DNA of 64,000 nucleotides, from positions 83,266,001 through 83,330,000 of the forward strand of contig OX597820.1 of assembly GCA_951406725.2 (NCBI GenBank). The letters run 5' to 3'. Each line of letters opens with the position of its first letter. Position 1 is the stretch's first letter. The notes under the pieces were generated by a model. It searched no databases. It had not been told where the DNA came from and saw nothing but the letters and a program-made list of their open reading frames with translations. Below are positions 1 to 12,959 of the stretch, piece after piece. The DNA comes from Octopus vulgaris. Lineage: Eukaryota. The translations under genes were made by a program, and so were the position numbers.

Positions 1-9
1 TTTGATTAT

Positions 10-400
10 TTTAGTCATTAGACTGCGGCCATATTGGGACACTGCCTTGAAGAGTTTGAGTCCATTGATTCGACCCCATTACTTAATTTAATAAAAAATT
101 ACTGAACCAGGCACTTAGTGTATCGGTCTCTTTTGCCAATTTAATAAGTTACAGAGACATAAACACACGAACACTAGTTGTCAATCGGGAGTTGGGAGAG
201 CGAGGACACACAAAGACACACAGGAGGACACGCACACAAACACACACAGGCACACACATATGTTTTTCTGTTTCTGTCTACGAGAAGCACTCACATGGCT
301 TTGCTCAGCCCGAGACTATGGTAGAAGACATTTTCTCAAGCTGCCATGCAGTTGGACTGAACCAAGAACAATGTGATTAGAAGATGGCTTCTTACCACTC
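10..400 (-). mobile_element. tRNA-derived CORE-like SINE, diverged copy
   Basis: Colinear with the cleaner copy at 15503-15922 (gactgcggccat..tatcggtctcttttgcc..gtagaagaca..ggactgaacc..cttaccac). Confidence 0.75.
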
Positions 401-411
401 AAATTTGTATA

Positions 412-610
412 TCTTTGTGTTTGTGTTCGTCCACTGCCTGACAACTAGTGTAGGTGGAATTAACCCCTGTTTCTAATCAGTTTAGCTAAAGAGGCCGACA
501 GGCTAAGCATCAGGCTTTAAAATATAAAGCGCTGCTGTCGATTCGTTCGAGTAAGATTCTACAAGGCGATGTACCAGCATGGTCGCAGCCTGATAACTAA
601 CATGAAAAGT
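412..610 (+). mobile_element. 3' half of the same SINE family, inverted relative to 10-400
   Basis: aaagaggccgacagg..ccagcatggtcgcagcc is a diverged reverse complement of the SINE 3' region. Confidence 0.6.
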
Positions 611-1082
611 GCATGAGATAATTCATTTACACGTGAATATTGATATTGTCTTACATCTATTGAAGAAAAACAATCTCCAGCAATATACAGTTAAGTTCAA
701 TTCTATATGATGTCTCTGAAATCATTCTATCTTTCTAGAAATTTTCACAGCATTCATGAATATGTCCTGTCTTTAAAAGCTGAACTTACGTTCAGCTGCA
801 TTGCTATTTTAACACATCTTCTGACAGCGCGATATTTCCTGCAAATAATATCTTATACAATGATACTGTAATGTGGTACTTTGGAAGTATATATATACTA
901 ATTTGCTGACATTTTAGGCAGCTGTTTCCTGCGTAATTGATATATATGTATAAAATCTCAGGATTTTAGAAGCAAATTTGATAGGATATAAATCGTTTAT
1001 CAAAATTTAAATGTCACATACTGATTTTCCATTTCATAGATACATTACGCACGCACACACACACACACCCACACACACACAT

Positions 1083-1122
<40 letters not shown>

Positions 1123-1139
1123 GTCTTTTATCTTTTCTT

Positions 1140-1450
1140 TTTTATCTTTTACTTGTTTTAGTGATAAGTCTGCAGGCGTGTTAGTGTATCGCTTTGAAGA
1201 ATTCTCGTCGAATGCATCAATCCCGTATGGAATTTTTTAAAGCCTGTTACTTATTCAATTGGTATTTTGCAGAATCGCCGTGTTATGGAAGCGAAAACAC
1301 TACCAGCGGTTGTCAAGCGCTGGTGTTTGTGGGTGAACAAAGGCACAAAGACACACCCACACAATGGACATATATACGCCGGCTTATTTTAGTTTCCGTC
1401 TTCCAAATCAAGACTCTCAACTTGTCATAGAAGTAGTGTATAAAACAAGA
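1140..1450 (-). mobile_element. CORE-like SINE, diverged and 5'-truncated
   Basis: ttttacttgttttagt..ggttgtcaagcg..agtttccgtcttccaaatc matches 15520-15800. Confidence 0.65.
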
Positions 1451-1799
1451 GGGTTATTAATATTGCCTGCGTTAGTGAGTACAATAAAACGTAGATGTAA
1501 ATGTATGCCGTTGGCTAAAAATACGGTTAAAATGCAACTGCAAGTACAACTTAGACGTGTGATGTAATTTGGATGAATGAATATACTATAGTTTACAAAT
1601 AATTTGAAACCTAGGTTTTCCTATCGAAAATAGATAAACATAGATAGAGAAGATGATACACGCACATATACATATACATTCGGAATCTATTATATTGTAA
1701 TGTTGTAGAGTTAGATATGTGATGGTTTATGTAGATGTACATAACATTTATGTACATATAGTCGTCTGTATAGCTAGCTAGCTGAGCAGCTAAATGCAT

Positions 1800-3060
1800 A
1801 TTTGAGAGGAATAATAGTTGCCCTAAGACAGTGCCTGTGGAACTTTACTTGCTATTCGTGCTTCCTTAGATGTGACTCCATTGGTCACCACTGCCTGACA
1901 TCTATCTCCAAGTTTTACACCTATGCCAAGGTCTCGCAGTTTATGGCATATCATACCATGGTCGACTTTGCCAGAAGCTTTTGCAATGTCGAGATACATC
2001 ACATCCATGCTCGAGTCATTCAGCAGCTGTTTTAACATACAGTAGAATTGTTTCAGCAGCTTTGTTAGACACGCTTGTACTTGGTCGAAATCCATGGTGG
2101 GTGTTAGTCCGCAAGTCATTTTCTTCAAGGAACGCGATTAGTTTCTTGCGGACTATTCGTTCCATGACTTTACTGATGTGTGTGCTCAGAGAGATACGCC
2201 TGTAATATTTAGCATCTACTCTGCTTCCTCCCTTATGGATAGGGCATATTATTCCTTCCTTGAGTTTGTCTGGGAGGTTATCTCTCGCAAGGAAGCTGTA
2301 AAAGAGATGCTGCAATGGTTTTGCAAGGGGTCGTTTGCATGATTTGAGAAGGAGCGCTAGAAATCCACAGGAGCAATTTGCTGAGTTTGTATCAACTTCA
2401 TCTATGGCCAGTGTTACATCTCCTTCAAGGTTGATGCATTCAATTTTTGCCTCTTGGTTTACAGGTAAAGTGGCAAAGAATTTTGCTGATGTGTTCACTT
2501 GCCTGTATCCCAGAGGTGTAGTGAACACATTTTGGAAATGTTCGTTCAGTATTTTACTTATCCTCTAGGGATTTCCTGTGAGGGAGCACTCGTTTTGGAG
2601 TGGCATACTGTGGCTGTTTCTTTGGCAAACTTATAGACAGCTTTAGGGTTCGACTTGATAATTTCTATATCCCAAGATTCTTTAGCTACTCTCTCCTTTT
2701 CATGAGACTGATGCATGCATTTTTCAATCTCCAATAGCGCTCTCTCGAGGTGCCATTTCCCACCACTTTTGGAGTGTTTTCTCACGCGGTTCGCAAACTC
2801 AGCCTGTCGTCTCATAAGAATCTTCCTTTCCCTGGGAATCATATTTTTGTGTATGTTGGTCTTGCTGAATGGGACAGGTTTATCACATATGGCTTGTGTT
2901 ACGAACATGAAAAGTTTCATGTCAATGTCTGATGTGGAGAGACATTTAGGCAAATCCTCTTTGAGAATCACTTTCTCAATCAACATCCACTTTGTTTTAT
3001 GAAAATTTAGTTTGGAAAGATTTTGGGTGTCTCGAATAGGCTGTATTTCTGCAGGAGCTT
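1800..3060 (-). pseudogene. CR1/L2/Jockey-group LINE reverse transcriptase remnant
   Basis: Frameshifted ORFs with PIHKGGSR..YRRISLSTHISKVMERIV, HGFRP, YLDIAKASGKVDH (YLDFxKAFDKVDH) and VPQ motifs. Confidence 0.9.
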
Positions 3061-3389
3061 TTGGTACATATACACACACACACATATACGTGCGCGCAAA
3101 CACACACGTACTCACACAGCCTGATACTGATATTTACACTGTTGAATTTTCTTTTAACAAATTTTCATGTGATTTACAGTTTTTGTAATTGTGAAGTTTT
3201 GAAATATTCACAGTTGCCTATCACTTGCATCTTTAGCAGTTATGCTTGTCCGAGACGTTAGGAGAAATTAACGGAGTATGTACTCACATAGTCACTTACT
3301 TTGAATTTGCTGAAGTTAAACAGCCGGCGGCGTTTAATTGTGTTCTTGCAATAAAAGGTATGTTTACATATTCATGGAAAAAGGTAAGG

Positions 3390-4090
3390 TTATATATTCA
3401 CAGAAAATTGTTTTGGCAAGGAGTGCTACATGGAGGCATTATCTCTTCGAGACAAGCTCCTCAGGCATGAAAGTGGCAACAGCTTAACCTACCCGAGATG
3501 CTTGCAACAGGACGAAAACGTCCTGCATACAATTATTCAATGTCCATGAATTAAAGAGGTGTGGACGTGTGTGGAGCAGCGGCTGTCTAGTGGAAGACGA
3601 ATTGAGCTCTCTGCCGAGTGTATAGTGAAATTTGACACACCTTCCATTAGCAGAGAAAAAAAGGTATGTCATTCTCTGCCAAGTTGCTGCGGCAAGAGAG
3701 GCTGTGTGGTGGACCCATCTGAAAGATTTGAAACCATGCACTTTCCTATTTGGTCGAACCCTCATAAATTAATTCAAATATCATTTGAAGAAGTTGAAGG
3801 TAGAAAGTGGGGTGCTGCATTCTTGTGTGTTTATCAAAAGGTATATTACAGTGGTTAGACTGGTGAGACTGAATGGAGCAAATCTGAGTATGATTTTTTA
3901 AGGAGGAGAAAAGCAGCATGGAAATAACTGAGTAATCTAGAATTTTGCCTGGGGTTTATCCCCAGTTACCCTAAAAGGACTGCCTTGCTTATGTGGTTTA
4001 TATTTATTTGTTTATTTATTATTTATTTCTCTGTTTTTTATTTGCATATCCATTGTTATATCCTTTAATGTGGTAGTATCTCTCCTTGAT
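3390..4090 (+). pseudogene. L1/Tx1-type LINE ORF2 C-terminus (zinc knuckle) and 3' UTR
   Basis: 3488-3546 reads TYPRCLQQDENVLHTIIQCP (decayed C-x2-C-x8-H-x4-C), followed by VWTCVEQRLS..IVKF. Confidence 0.6.
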
Positions 4091-5024
4091 CGATTTAAAC
4101 CTCAGCTATTTTTGTTATTTGTATGCTGTAACTCATACTTTGATATTGTCTTGTGTCCTTGTGCCCAATAAAGAAATCATCATCCTCGTCATCATCATCA
4201 TCATCATCAGCATCATTATTATTGGTGGTGGTCATCATCGTCACCACCAATAGCAACAGCATCAGCAGCATCAACAAAAAGAAAATATACCTGAAGAACA
4301 GGAAGAAACAACAACAGGAACAATAGAACACACACACGCAACAGCATGAAGAAAAGACAAACACAAGAAATGCATAATAGGAAAACACAAACATAACGAA
4401 ACACCGAAGGAGAAAAATGTGATAGTCAAAAACAACACAGTACAGAAAGCAAAACATCAGAAAGGTGAAATGACATCAGAAGAGGAAGAATTTCCAACCC
4501 CCCCCCAAAAAAAAAACAAACAAAAAAACAAAGAGAGAATGTTAATAAATATGTCAAGTCAAATTTATCAAATTGTCTTGAAAAACTTCCCAGGGTTAAT
4601 AAAGGGCGAGTTCTATCAACTTGATTATATTTTTGTATGTCGTAGCTGACGAAGATTTTACACAAGAGATAAAACTCTCTTTTTTATCTCTTGCCCAATT
4701 TTCATAAACATACAAAGTAAATGCATTTAAGATATCATTACTTGTTTGACTTCATTATTATACATTATATAACTCCATGCCAGAACAAGCAATGGGGTCG
4801 TAGCTCCATTCACAGCGATGAAATAACTAGGGTTTCGAGTGGTTTGCTCTATTAGATACAAGTCCAAAATTCAGCTAACGAGCATCGCTTCTAAATATAG
4901 CATGGATGTGTATGTTTGTATTTATGTATGCATCCATGTATATATGTATGTATGTTTATATATATACATACATACACACACATATATATATATATATTTA
5001 TATATATTTATGTATATACATATA

Positions 5025-5138
<114 letters not shown>

Positions 5139-5303
5139 GGCGCAGAAGTGGCTGTGTGGTAAGTAGCTTGCTAACCAACCACATGGTTCCGGGTTCAGTC
5201 CCACTGCCTGGCATCTTGGGCAAGTGTCTTCTGCTATAGCCCCGGGCCGACCAATGCCTTGTGAGTAGATTTGGTAGACGGAAACTGAAAGAAGCCTGTC
5301 GTA

Positions 5304-5305
<2 letters not shown>
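5139..5305 (+). mobile_element. CORE-like SINE 5' half with Pol III A and B boxes, between (TA)n tracts
   Basis: A box TGGCTGTGTGG, B box GGTTCAGTCCC, CORE-like CTTGGGCAAGTGTCTT. Confidence 0.85.
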
Positions 5306-5372
<67 letters not shown>

Positions 5373-5587
5373 ATATGTATGTATATATGTATGTATGTAT
5401 GTATGTATATGCAGTAATCCCTCAATTATCGCGGGTTACATATTACTAGTAGCGTTTAAGAGAGACCTGACATGCATACATACATTTTGTTATATTTCGG
5501 GACGGTCATTTTCTTACCCAATAAACACACGCACTATATATTAGTTCTTCAATTCATATTTATTATTGTTTTTGTTTTATGTCCTTT

Positions 5588-5632
5588 GTCTGAAGATCTT
5601 TCGTTATACATCATGTGACCTCTTCAGCGACT
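5588..5632 (-). ncRNA. Degenerate type I hammerhead-like motif
   Basis: Minus strand gtcg-CTGAAGA-18 nt-GAAA-GATC-TT-cagac; palindromic stem III AGATCT; stems I and II imperfect. Confidence 0.35.
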
Positions 5633-5699
5633 CTCAATTGCCCGTTTTTCCCCCTGTTCTTTTTAGTCCATTTTGTTTTTATACGCTGTGCACTACAGA

Positions 5700-7075
5700 A
5701 ACATAAAATCTTGTGTTATGACTGCATATAATTCAGATTATTTTGTCGCCATTCCGCCAATAATAAACAACGAATTGACTGAGAAATCAACGAATTTACC
5801 AAACAATCCATTACCTTGTAGGTTAAATATCTAACCAATTGACTAACAATAAAGTAAAACTGTAACCGTGCGTGTGTTTATCCACTGATACAACAAATTT
5901 ATCTTCAACACATGAGTTCCCATCAATAATCTTGCAAAGCAAATACAAAATATTTGATGTTTTGTTTTCTCTTTTGCAAAGAATTTAGTTTCCTGCAGAT
6001 TTAAGTGACTTAGTGTATATACATGGTTCACTGCATTGTTGTAGTTTGCCTGTAGACGGACGGATATTGATAGCAAATATCGAACTGAAAAGATGAAATA
6101 ATCTTCATTGGGGAAGCATATGGATCCTTTACTTAGAGAAGAGTAGTTGTTCTCATATAACGAAGATTGGTGATCAGTTTTAGAAATCAATGTACCTATA
6201 AAAGATTTACTTACATTTGCAAAATTGGTTTTCAAAAAATTATTCATCGCTATGTTCCCATGATTTGAAAATCCGTTTTTTGTCTGTTTAATGGTATACC
6301 AAAACTTTAATGTTATTAAAATATCCATTCTATCCTCGATGCTAAGATAGGCTACTCTAACTTCGTCGATGTATTAATCACGACAAGAGGGGCAACTTAG
6401 GCTACTTAGAGGTACATTAAAACGTGGTGTATATCACCTGGTGATGAGTAGAACTCTTCAAAAATATTTATGGTTTCGTTTCATCGAACACAGAGACAGT
6501 TGTGGTTCATAATAATCCTGATATCACCAGGACTTTGTTATTGAATTATTCGAATTTTACTTTTTTTATCATGTTAGGGGCATAATGTTTAAGGTATTGA
6601 ATGAAAATATAAGTGGTGGATGAATTTTTTTCATTTGAAACTTATTTTCTCCTCGGTTAAGTTATCCTCAAAGAAATATATTTCGCATAATATTCTTTAA
6701 TATTTTTTTAGCAGAGTTTGGTCTTTCCTGTAATAAAATACTCACGTAGGCAATTTTTCATGGATCGCATTTTAATGGTGTATGAAAATGAATGTTGACA
6801 TATTTTCAGGAAAGAGCTAAAGTGAATATTAATATTATCTTTTACTTTTTTTAATTTTTAATATAACATCCAATCATTTACTGTTGGAGAAAACTAATAT
6901 AAAAAAAATATATTAATTTTAACGTTGAAACAGGTAAACGCATATAATTAGACATAAACCACCATATATAATAATAGTAAACACATCTGTAATTAATATC
7001 AAAATACTATTTTGAAAACCATTTAAACATAAGTATGGCAACAAAATAAAAAGAATACGGCATATATATTATATT
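5700..7075 (-). mobile_element. Possible highly decayed Penelope-like fragment
   Basis: Minus strand has IKMRSMKNCLREYFITGKTKL (weak GIY-YIG similarity) near 6720-6780 and LSKG (PLE N-terminal-like) in ORF 5843-6328. Confidence 0.25.
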
Positions 7076-8110
7076 ATATTATCTCTTATTATAAAAGGCA
7101 GATTTTACCTGCCTCCCAAACCGTTTGTTTATTATACAAATCTACAATATAGAATTTCTTCAATTAGAATTTACCTATCATTTTTACGAGTAGAATCCAC
7201 CGGGTCGTGGCATGTAAAGTTTTTTCAATTTCACCGCCAATTAAGCAAAAATTCAAGAAAACTAACTATTTAACGATTTTTCTCTTTCAGTTCAAGTGAT
7301 TCACTAATACCATTACCACTAAACTTTCTCCTCCTTTCTCTTTGCAAGTGTGCAACGATTAAAGTGAAATTATTTATATAAAACGGATGAACTGCTTCAC
7401 TCATGCTATCACCATAATTTCTCCTACTTTCTCTTTGCAAGTGTACCTTAAACCACTACTAAAAAAAAACACAGCAAACAGAAACAAATAAATACATAAC
7501 GATTTACTCCTCACACAATTTCTTCAATTAGAGTTTACCTATGATTTTTCAAAGTACTTCCATTCGGTCATGGCATACAAAATTTCTTTCAGTTTCACCC
7601 CCAATTAAGAAAAAATTCGAGAAAACTCAATATTTTATCATTTCACTCTTTCACGTCAAAGCCTTTACTCTGCCTATTACTCCCACTTCCTCTTTACACA
7701 CATAGACGCAAATATATAAATAAAATTGTAAGCTACCGTGTGCCTGTGTGTGTGTCTCTGTGTGTGTGCATGTGTGTGAGTGTGTGTGTGTGCGCGTGTG
7801 TGTGTGTGTTTGAGGGTGCGTGTGTGTGTGAGTGTGTGTGTATGTGTCTGTGTGTGTGACAGGGATGAGCCCTTCAGAATGGTCATCCTTTTTGCTACAA
7901 GATCACCTATGGTCTTATTTGCTACACCACTGGTTTTCAGTTCATATTAATCAAATTAATATTCAGAACAAGGACTACTCATTATAATACATCAGTTCCA
8001 CACATTTACCCTGGTTCCATTTCGGACAACTGCACAAACATTTGCCATTTCACACATGTATGTAAACAAATTCCTTTCTTAAAAATTTCAATTCATTTTC
8101 TTTTTCAATT

Positions 8111-8997
8111 CATACAAAGTTTTTTAGGACGAATATAAGTTCTAAAGTATATCCAAGTAGCAGAAAGATCGCCCAGTGTGTATATAGATATTTAAATGTA
8201 TTTATATATTCATCTATACACACATGTATGTATAATGTGTGTGTATATATTTCCATAGAGGCAACTATTCACTCCATACAAAGTTATTTAGGACGAATAT
8301 CAGATCTAAAGTATATCCAAGTTACAGAAAGATCGCCCCGAAGTGTATATATATATTTAAATGTTTTCATATATTCATCTATACACAGATGTATGTATAA
8401 TGTGTGTGTATATATTTCCATAGAGGTAACCATTCACTCCGCACAAAGTTTTTTAGGACGAAAATAACATCTAAAGTTATCTCTAAGTTACAGAAAGATC
8501 GTCCAAAAGTGTATATAGATATATAAATGTATTTATATATTCATCTATGCACACATGTATGTATAACGTGTGTGTATATATTTCCATAGAGGTAACCATT
8601 CACTCCATACAATGTTTTTTAGGACGAAAATAAGATCTAAAGTTATCTCTAAGAAGCAGAAAGATCGCCCAAAAGTGTATATATATATTTAAATGTATTT
8701 ATATATTCATCTATACAAACATGTAAATGTATTTATATATTCATCTATGCACACATGTATGTATAACGTGTGTGTATATATTTCCATAGAGGTAACCATT
8801 CACTCCATACAAAGTTTTTTAGGACGAAAATAAGATCTAAAGTTATCTCTAAGAAGCAGAAAGATCACCCAAAAGTGTATATAGATATTTAAATGTATTT
8901 ATATATTCATCTATACATACATGTATGTATAATGTGTGTCTATATATTTCCATAGCGGTAACCATTCACTCCATACAAAGTTTTTTTACGACGAAAA
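8111..8997 (+). repeat. ~165-bp tandem repeat, about 5.2 copies, inside the Helitron
   Basis: Units start at 8111, 8275, 8440, 8606, 8806 and 8972; the fourth unit has a ~34-bp internal duplication. Confidence 0.95.
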
Positions 8998-9245
8998 TCT
9001 TTATATATAAAAGAAAGGTTGTGTGTCTGTCTACTCCGATTTAGATTCCTAACTACTCCCACATTTTGCGATGCAGTTTAACCAAAATCGGGTATCTTAT
9101 AGTCGTGATTCACATCGAACCCTTCTGGGTGTTAGCGCGCGTCTACGATGAGTCTACGATTTTACAAATAATTTACCATCATTTTTTTCCATTTTAATGC
9201 ATATTTTTTTAATAAAGGGAAGTAACTCTCAAACTTTACACCAAT

Positions 9246-9767
9246 ATGCGTGCTCATATGCGACGTAATATCACATCAGCAGCATTTCCTCACACCCTCC
9301 TTGCACTTGGCGAAGGCAAAATATCAGGGGATGAAAATGGTAATATTGCCATCGATTCCATTTGTACCATTGTTAAGACGCCTTCTGGTCTCAGAGATGC
9401 AGTGTTCCCAGATCTACAAGCTAATTATCAGAATATGGATTGGATTGGCCAAAAGGCTATACTAGCCCCGAGGAATAAAACTGTTCACCATATCAATGAT
9501 GAAATGCTAAAACTCATTCCTGGGGAAGTCTATGTATATCAGTCTATCGATACAACTCCTCACCCAGAGGACGTCATCAACTATCCAATAGAGGTACTCA
9601 ATTCCTTTGAGCACCCCGGACTACCACCACACATTCTCAAACTTAAAGTTGGTGCCCCTATAATGCTCATCAGAAATTTGATTCCCCCAAAACAATGCAA
9701 TGGCACACGTTTGATCGTTAAATCCTTATCTCCCACCGTAAACTTATATCAATATTTGCCTGAATAA
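9246..9767 (+). pseudogene. PIF1-type helicase fragment of a Helitron RepHel protein
   Basis: ILAPRN, LNSFEHPGLPPHILKLKVGAPIMLIRNL and CNGTRLIV motifs; Rep domain and N-terminal helicase motifs absent. Confidence 0.92.
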
Positions 9768-9843
9768 TCATCATAATTCAGTGCAATCATTAACAGTACT
9801 TTCAAGCAATTCAGCCCCGAGCAACGCCGGGTAATTCTGCTAG

Positions 9844-9986
<143 letters not shown>

Positions 9987-10284
9987 AAGAGAGAGAGAGG
10001 ACAGTTAAATTCCAAACCACTATTAGGGATAAAATTTCGAATTGAATGAAAAATAAAAACATATACCATCTAACTCTTGCACCAATGTTTTCAGACCTGT
10101 TTTAGGAAATAAAATAATTTGCTTGGCGAAGCCTTCTTCAGCAGGTACAACTTAGATTTATTTAATATATGCACGAGGCAATCCACTATGTGCCCCGTGC
10201 TTATACATATATATATATATATATATTTATGTATATTCATATATATCCTTGTGTGTGTATGTGTGTACACACACACATACACAC

Positions 10285-10331
<47 letters not shown>

Positions 10332-11693
10332 TGTACACATATGCGTACATACATATTTGGACGTATATGATTTTATAGGCCTCTATGTTTAAATTACACA
10401 AATTGAGGAGAGTATTCGAATAATCTTACCAATACATTTTGTATGCTAATGTGGTCAAATATATTACATTATATAGAAACATAAAAATATATTATTCTAT
10501 TAAAGTTAACGATATTGTGTACTTTAAACTAAAAAAAAAATTCAATTTCTATGCAAATATAAATTATAAATCATTGCTTCCAAAATTCCATTGTTATAAA
10601 TAAGCTCATAACAATACACTTCACTGACAGTACATTCACATAGAAATGGTAATAAATAATAAATATATGTACGTATGTATTTCAGTCCCATAAGCATAAT
10701 AGCACAAACTGTATCTTTGATAGAAATGTACAGAGAATGAAATCATTTTCTCTAGAAATTTTGAACTGAATTCATTCTATAGTTATAACAGTTACGTGTC
10801 ATATCAACTATCTCAAGTTTACCCTTATATCTCAAAACAAATATTTTGACGTACGGATATAAACAAAACCACAGACACACATTATAAGCCAACATACATA
10901 ATTCCATAAAATGACACAGAGACATTAACTACACACAATACACGCAAGTAGATTTTTCATAGAAATCTGGAAACAAACAACACATGTGTATTAGGATATG
11001 GCGCGTTTAAATTTATCGCCATCAAAGGAGACAAGAATATTAATGCACAATATTAATGCACTTGCACATTAATACGCACACACACCATCACACACACACA
11101 CACACACAGATACATACACACGTACATACAAATATATGAATATAACTGTGTGTATGTTTGTATATGTATTTATACATATATGCATATAAAGATAATTTTA
11201 TTTCGTTAAACCACCGAAAAGAAAATTCGTTAAATCGAGGAATAAAAAGTAGGACTGAAATTGTAAGTGCTCACCTAACACTGAGACGAAAGAGAAAATA
11301 AATTGAAAGGTATAACGAATAAACGCTCTAATTGATCAAAACAAGCTTATAACTTTCCCATATCGTAAATCGCACATAGATATAGAGTAAACACATCAAG
11401 ACATCCGATTGTAAGACCCAGTAGTATAAGATATACTCATATATACGAATATAAAAGGTGATAAAACCTTAAAGGGTAATACAGGTTAATTCGAATGAAG
11501 ATACATATATATAATTTAAGTCCATGAAACTAAAATAATACAAATATGAATAAAGTCAAAGCGATAATCAGAAAAGAGTCCATTCGTATATGTGTGTATA
11601 CTTTATACCATTGGATTTTACCATTGGCTACCCTGCTGTTTTTAATATATATTTATGTTAGATTTATGATATGGGAGTGTTATAATGTTTCTT

Positions 11694-11731
<38 letters not shown>

Positions 11732-11975
11732 AATGCATACATATATATATATACACACACACACATATACACGCAAGTTAAATCTGCAGTTAAAAATGTT
11801 TAGAAAGGAGAATTTTGAATTTTGAATTTAGAATTTGTATCACTTCTTATTTTGAACTTGACAAAGACAGACGTACTGTTGAAATATCGTTCAACTAATA
11901 AAAGATCTTACAATCGAATCGCGCTCTTCGTCTTGACTGTTTACCTTTGTGAAGAGTTGCGTCAACAATTTTTTA

Positions 11976-12046
<71 letters not shown>

Positions 12047-12050
12047 TAAT

Positions 12051-12160
12051 AACATCGAAAAATACCTTGGGAATGAGAACCCAGATTCGAAATTTCCCCA
12101 AGATACCTGATGAAGGCTGGAGGGTATATCCGTCAAATGTAAATTGTGTAAATAATGTGA
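12051..12160 (+). mobile_element. Short element after (AAT)n carrying a decayed hammerhead motif
   Basis: atac-CTGATGA(12107-12113)-a-ggctg-loop-ccgtc-AAA; the GAAA box and stem III are damaged. Confidence 0.45.
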
Positions 12161-12169
12161 AAGAGGCCC

Positions 12170-12365
12170 GTTGTCTATTTGTGTGTGTATGTGTGTATTT
12201 GTTTGTCTGTTTTTGTCCCCCCACCATCACTTGACTGTTAGTATGGTTACATTCCCGTAACTTAGCGATTCGGCGAAAGAGACCGATAGAATAAGTGCTA
12301 GGCTTACAGAGAATAAGTCTTGGGGGCATTTTGTTCGACTAATGGCAGTGCTCCAGCATGTAAAA
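12170..12365 (+). mobile_element. CORE-like SINE 3' half
   Basis: cccgtaacttagcgattcggcgaaagagaccgatagaataag..gtgctccagcatg. Confidence 0.75.
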
Positions 12366-12375
12366 GAATAAAAGA

Positions 12376-12426
<51 letters not shown>

Positions 12427-12494
12427 CGCGCGTGTGTGTATGTGTGTGTATGTGTGTATATGTGTGTGTGTGTGTGTGTTTGTGTGGGTTTGTG

Positions 12495-12640
12495 ACAAGT
12501 TTCAATTTCCGCCTACTGAATCCAGTGGAAATAGTTTAGTCGCTCCGGGGTTACAATAGAAAACACTTGCTGAAGTTTCTGCTCTATAACCTGGTGCATA
12601 CACAACGAAGTTCCCTACCACACACCATGTCTGCACCCAT
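12495..12640 (-). mobile_element. CORE-like SINE 5' half, diverged
   Basis: aatttccgcctactgaatccag..aacacttgctgaag..ctaccacaca. Confidence 0.5.
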
Positions 12641-12959
12641 ATGTTTGCGTACCCGGATATATGGATAGCCATATATAGTTAGTTGTGGTTGGTAAACTGA
12701 TAAGTTGATCGATTACAAGCCGTAAGGTGCGCTAAATACAATCTTTGTTCAGTTCTATAACGAAGGAATGAAAAACTTATTAACGCTGTAGTGATTAGGT
12801 TCAATGAATGATAGGTAGATATCACGCTCTCAATCAATTATATTTAATGCGTTGATCAAAGCAATTTTAATTAATCAATATTACAATTAAGAGCGGAAAT
12901 TATGGAGTTACTAATTAAATTTAAAGATATTTCAAACGACAGCTTAATAATGTCAGTGA

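Larger units (their letters stand above)
7082..9843 (+). mobile_element. Non-autonomous compound Helitron
   Basis: 5' A|TCTCTTATTATAAAAG at 7082; second 5' end A|TCTTTATATATAAAAG at 8998; 3' hairpin cccgagcaacgccggg (9816-9831) then CTAG|T ending at 9843. Confidence 0.8.

Noticed and set aside
4640-4700. CTGACGA followed by a caagagataaaa/ttttatctcttg hairpin
   Set aside because: No GAAA box or stems I and III, so not a hammerhead
5411-5445. cagtaatccctc..atcgcggg, resembling a pogo/Tigger TIR
   Set aside because: No partner TIR or transposase found
6460-6495. Minus-strand TCGATGA-aac-GAAA
   Set aside because: Core altered and no room for stem II
8111-8997. Regular repeat array considered as CRISPR
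   Set aside because: Contiguous ~165-bp units without unique spacers, in eukaryotic Helitron context
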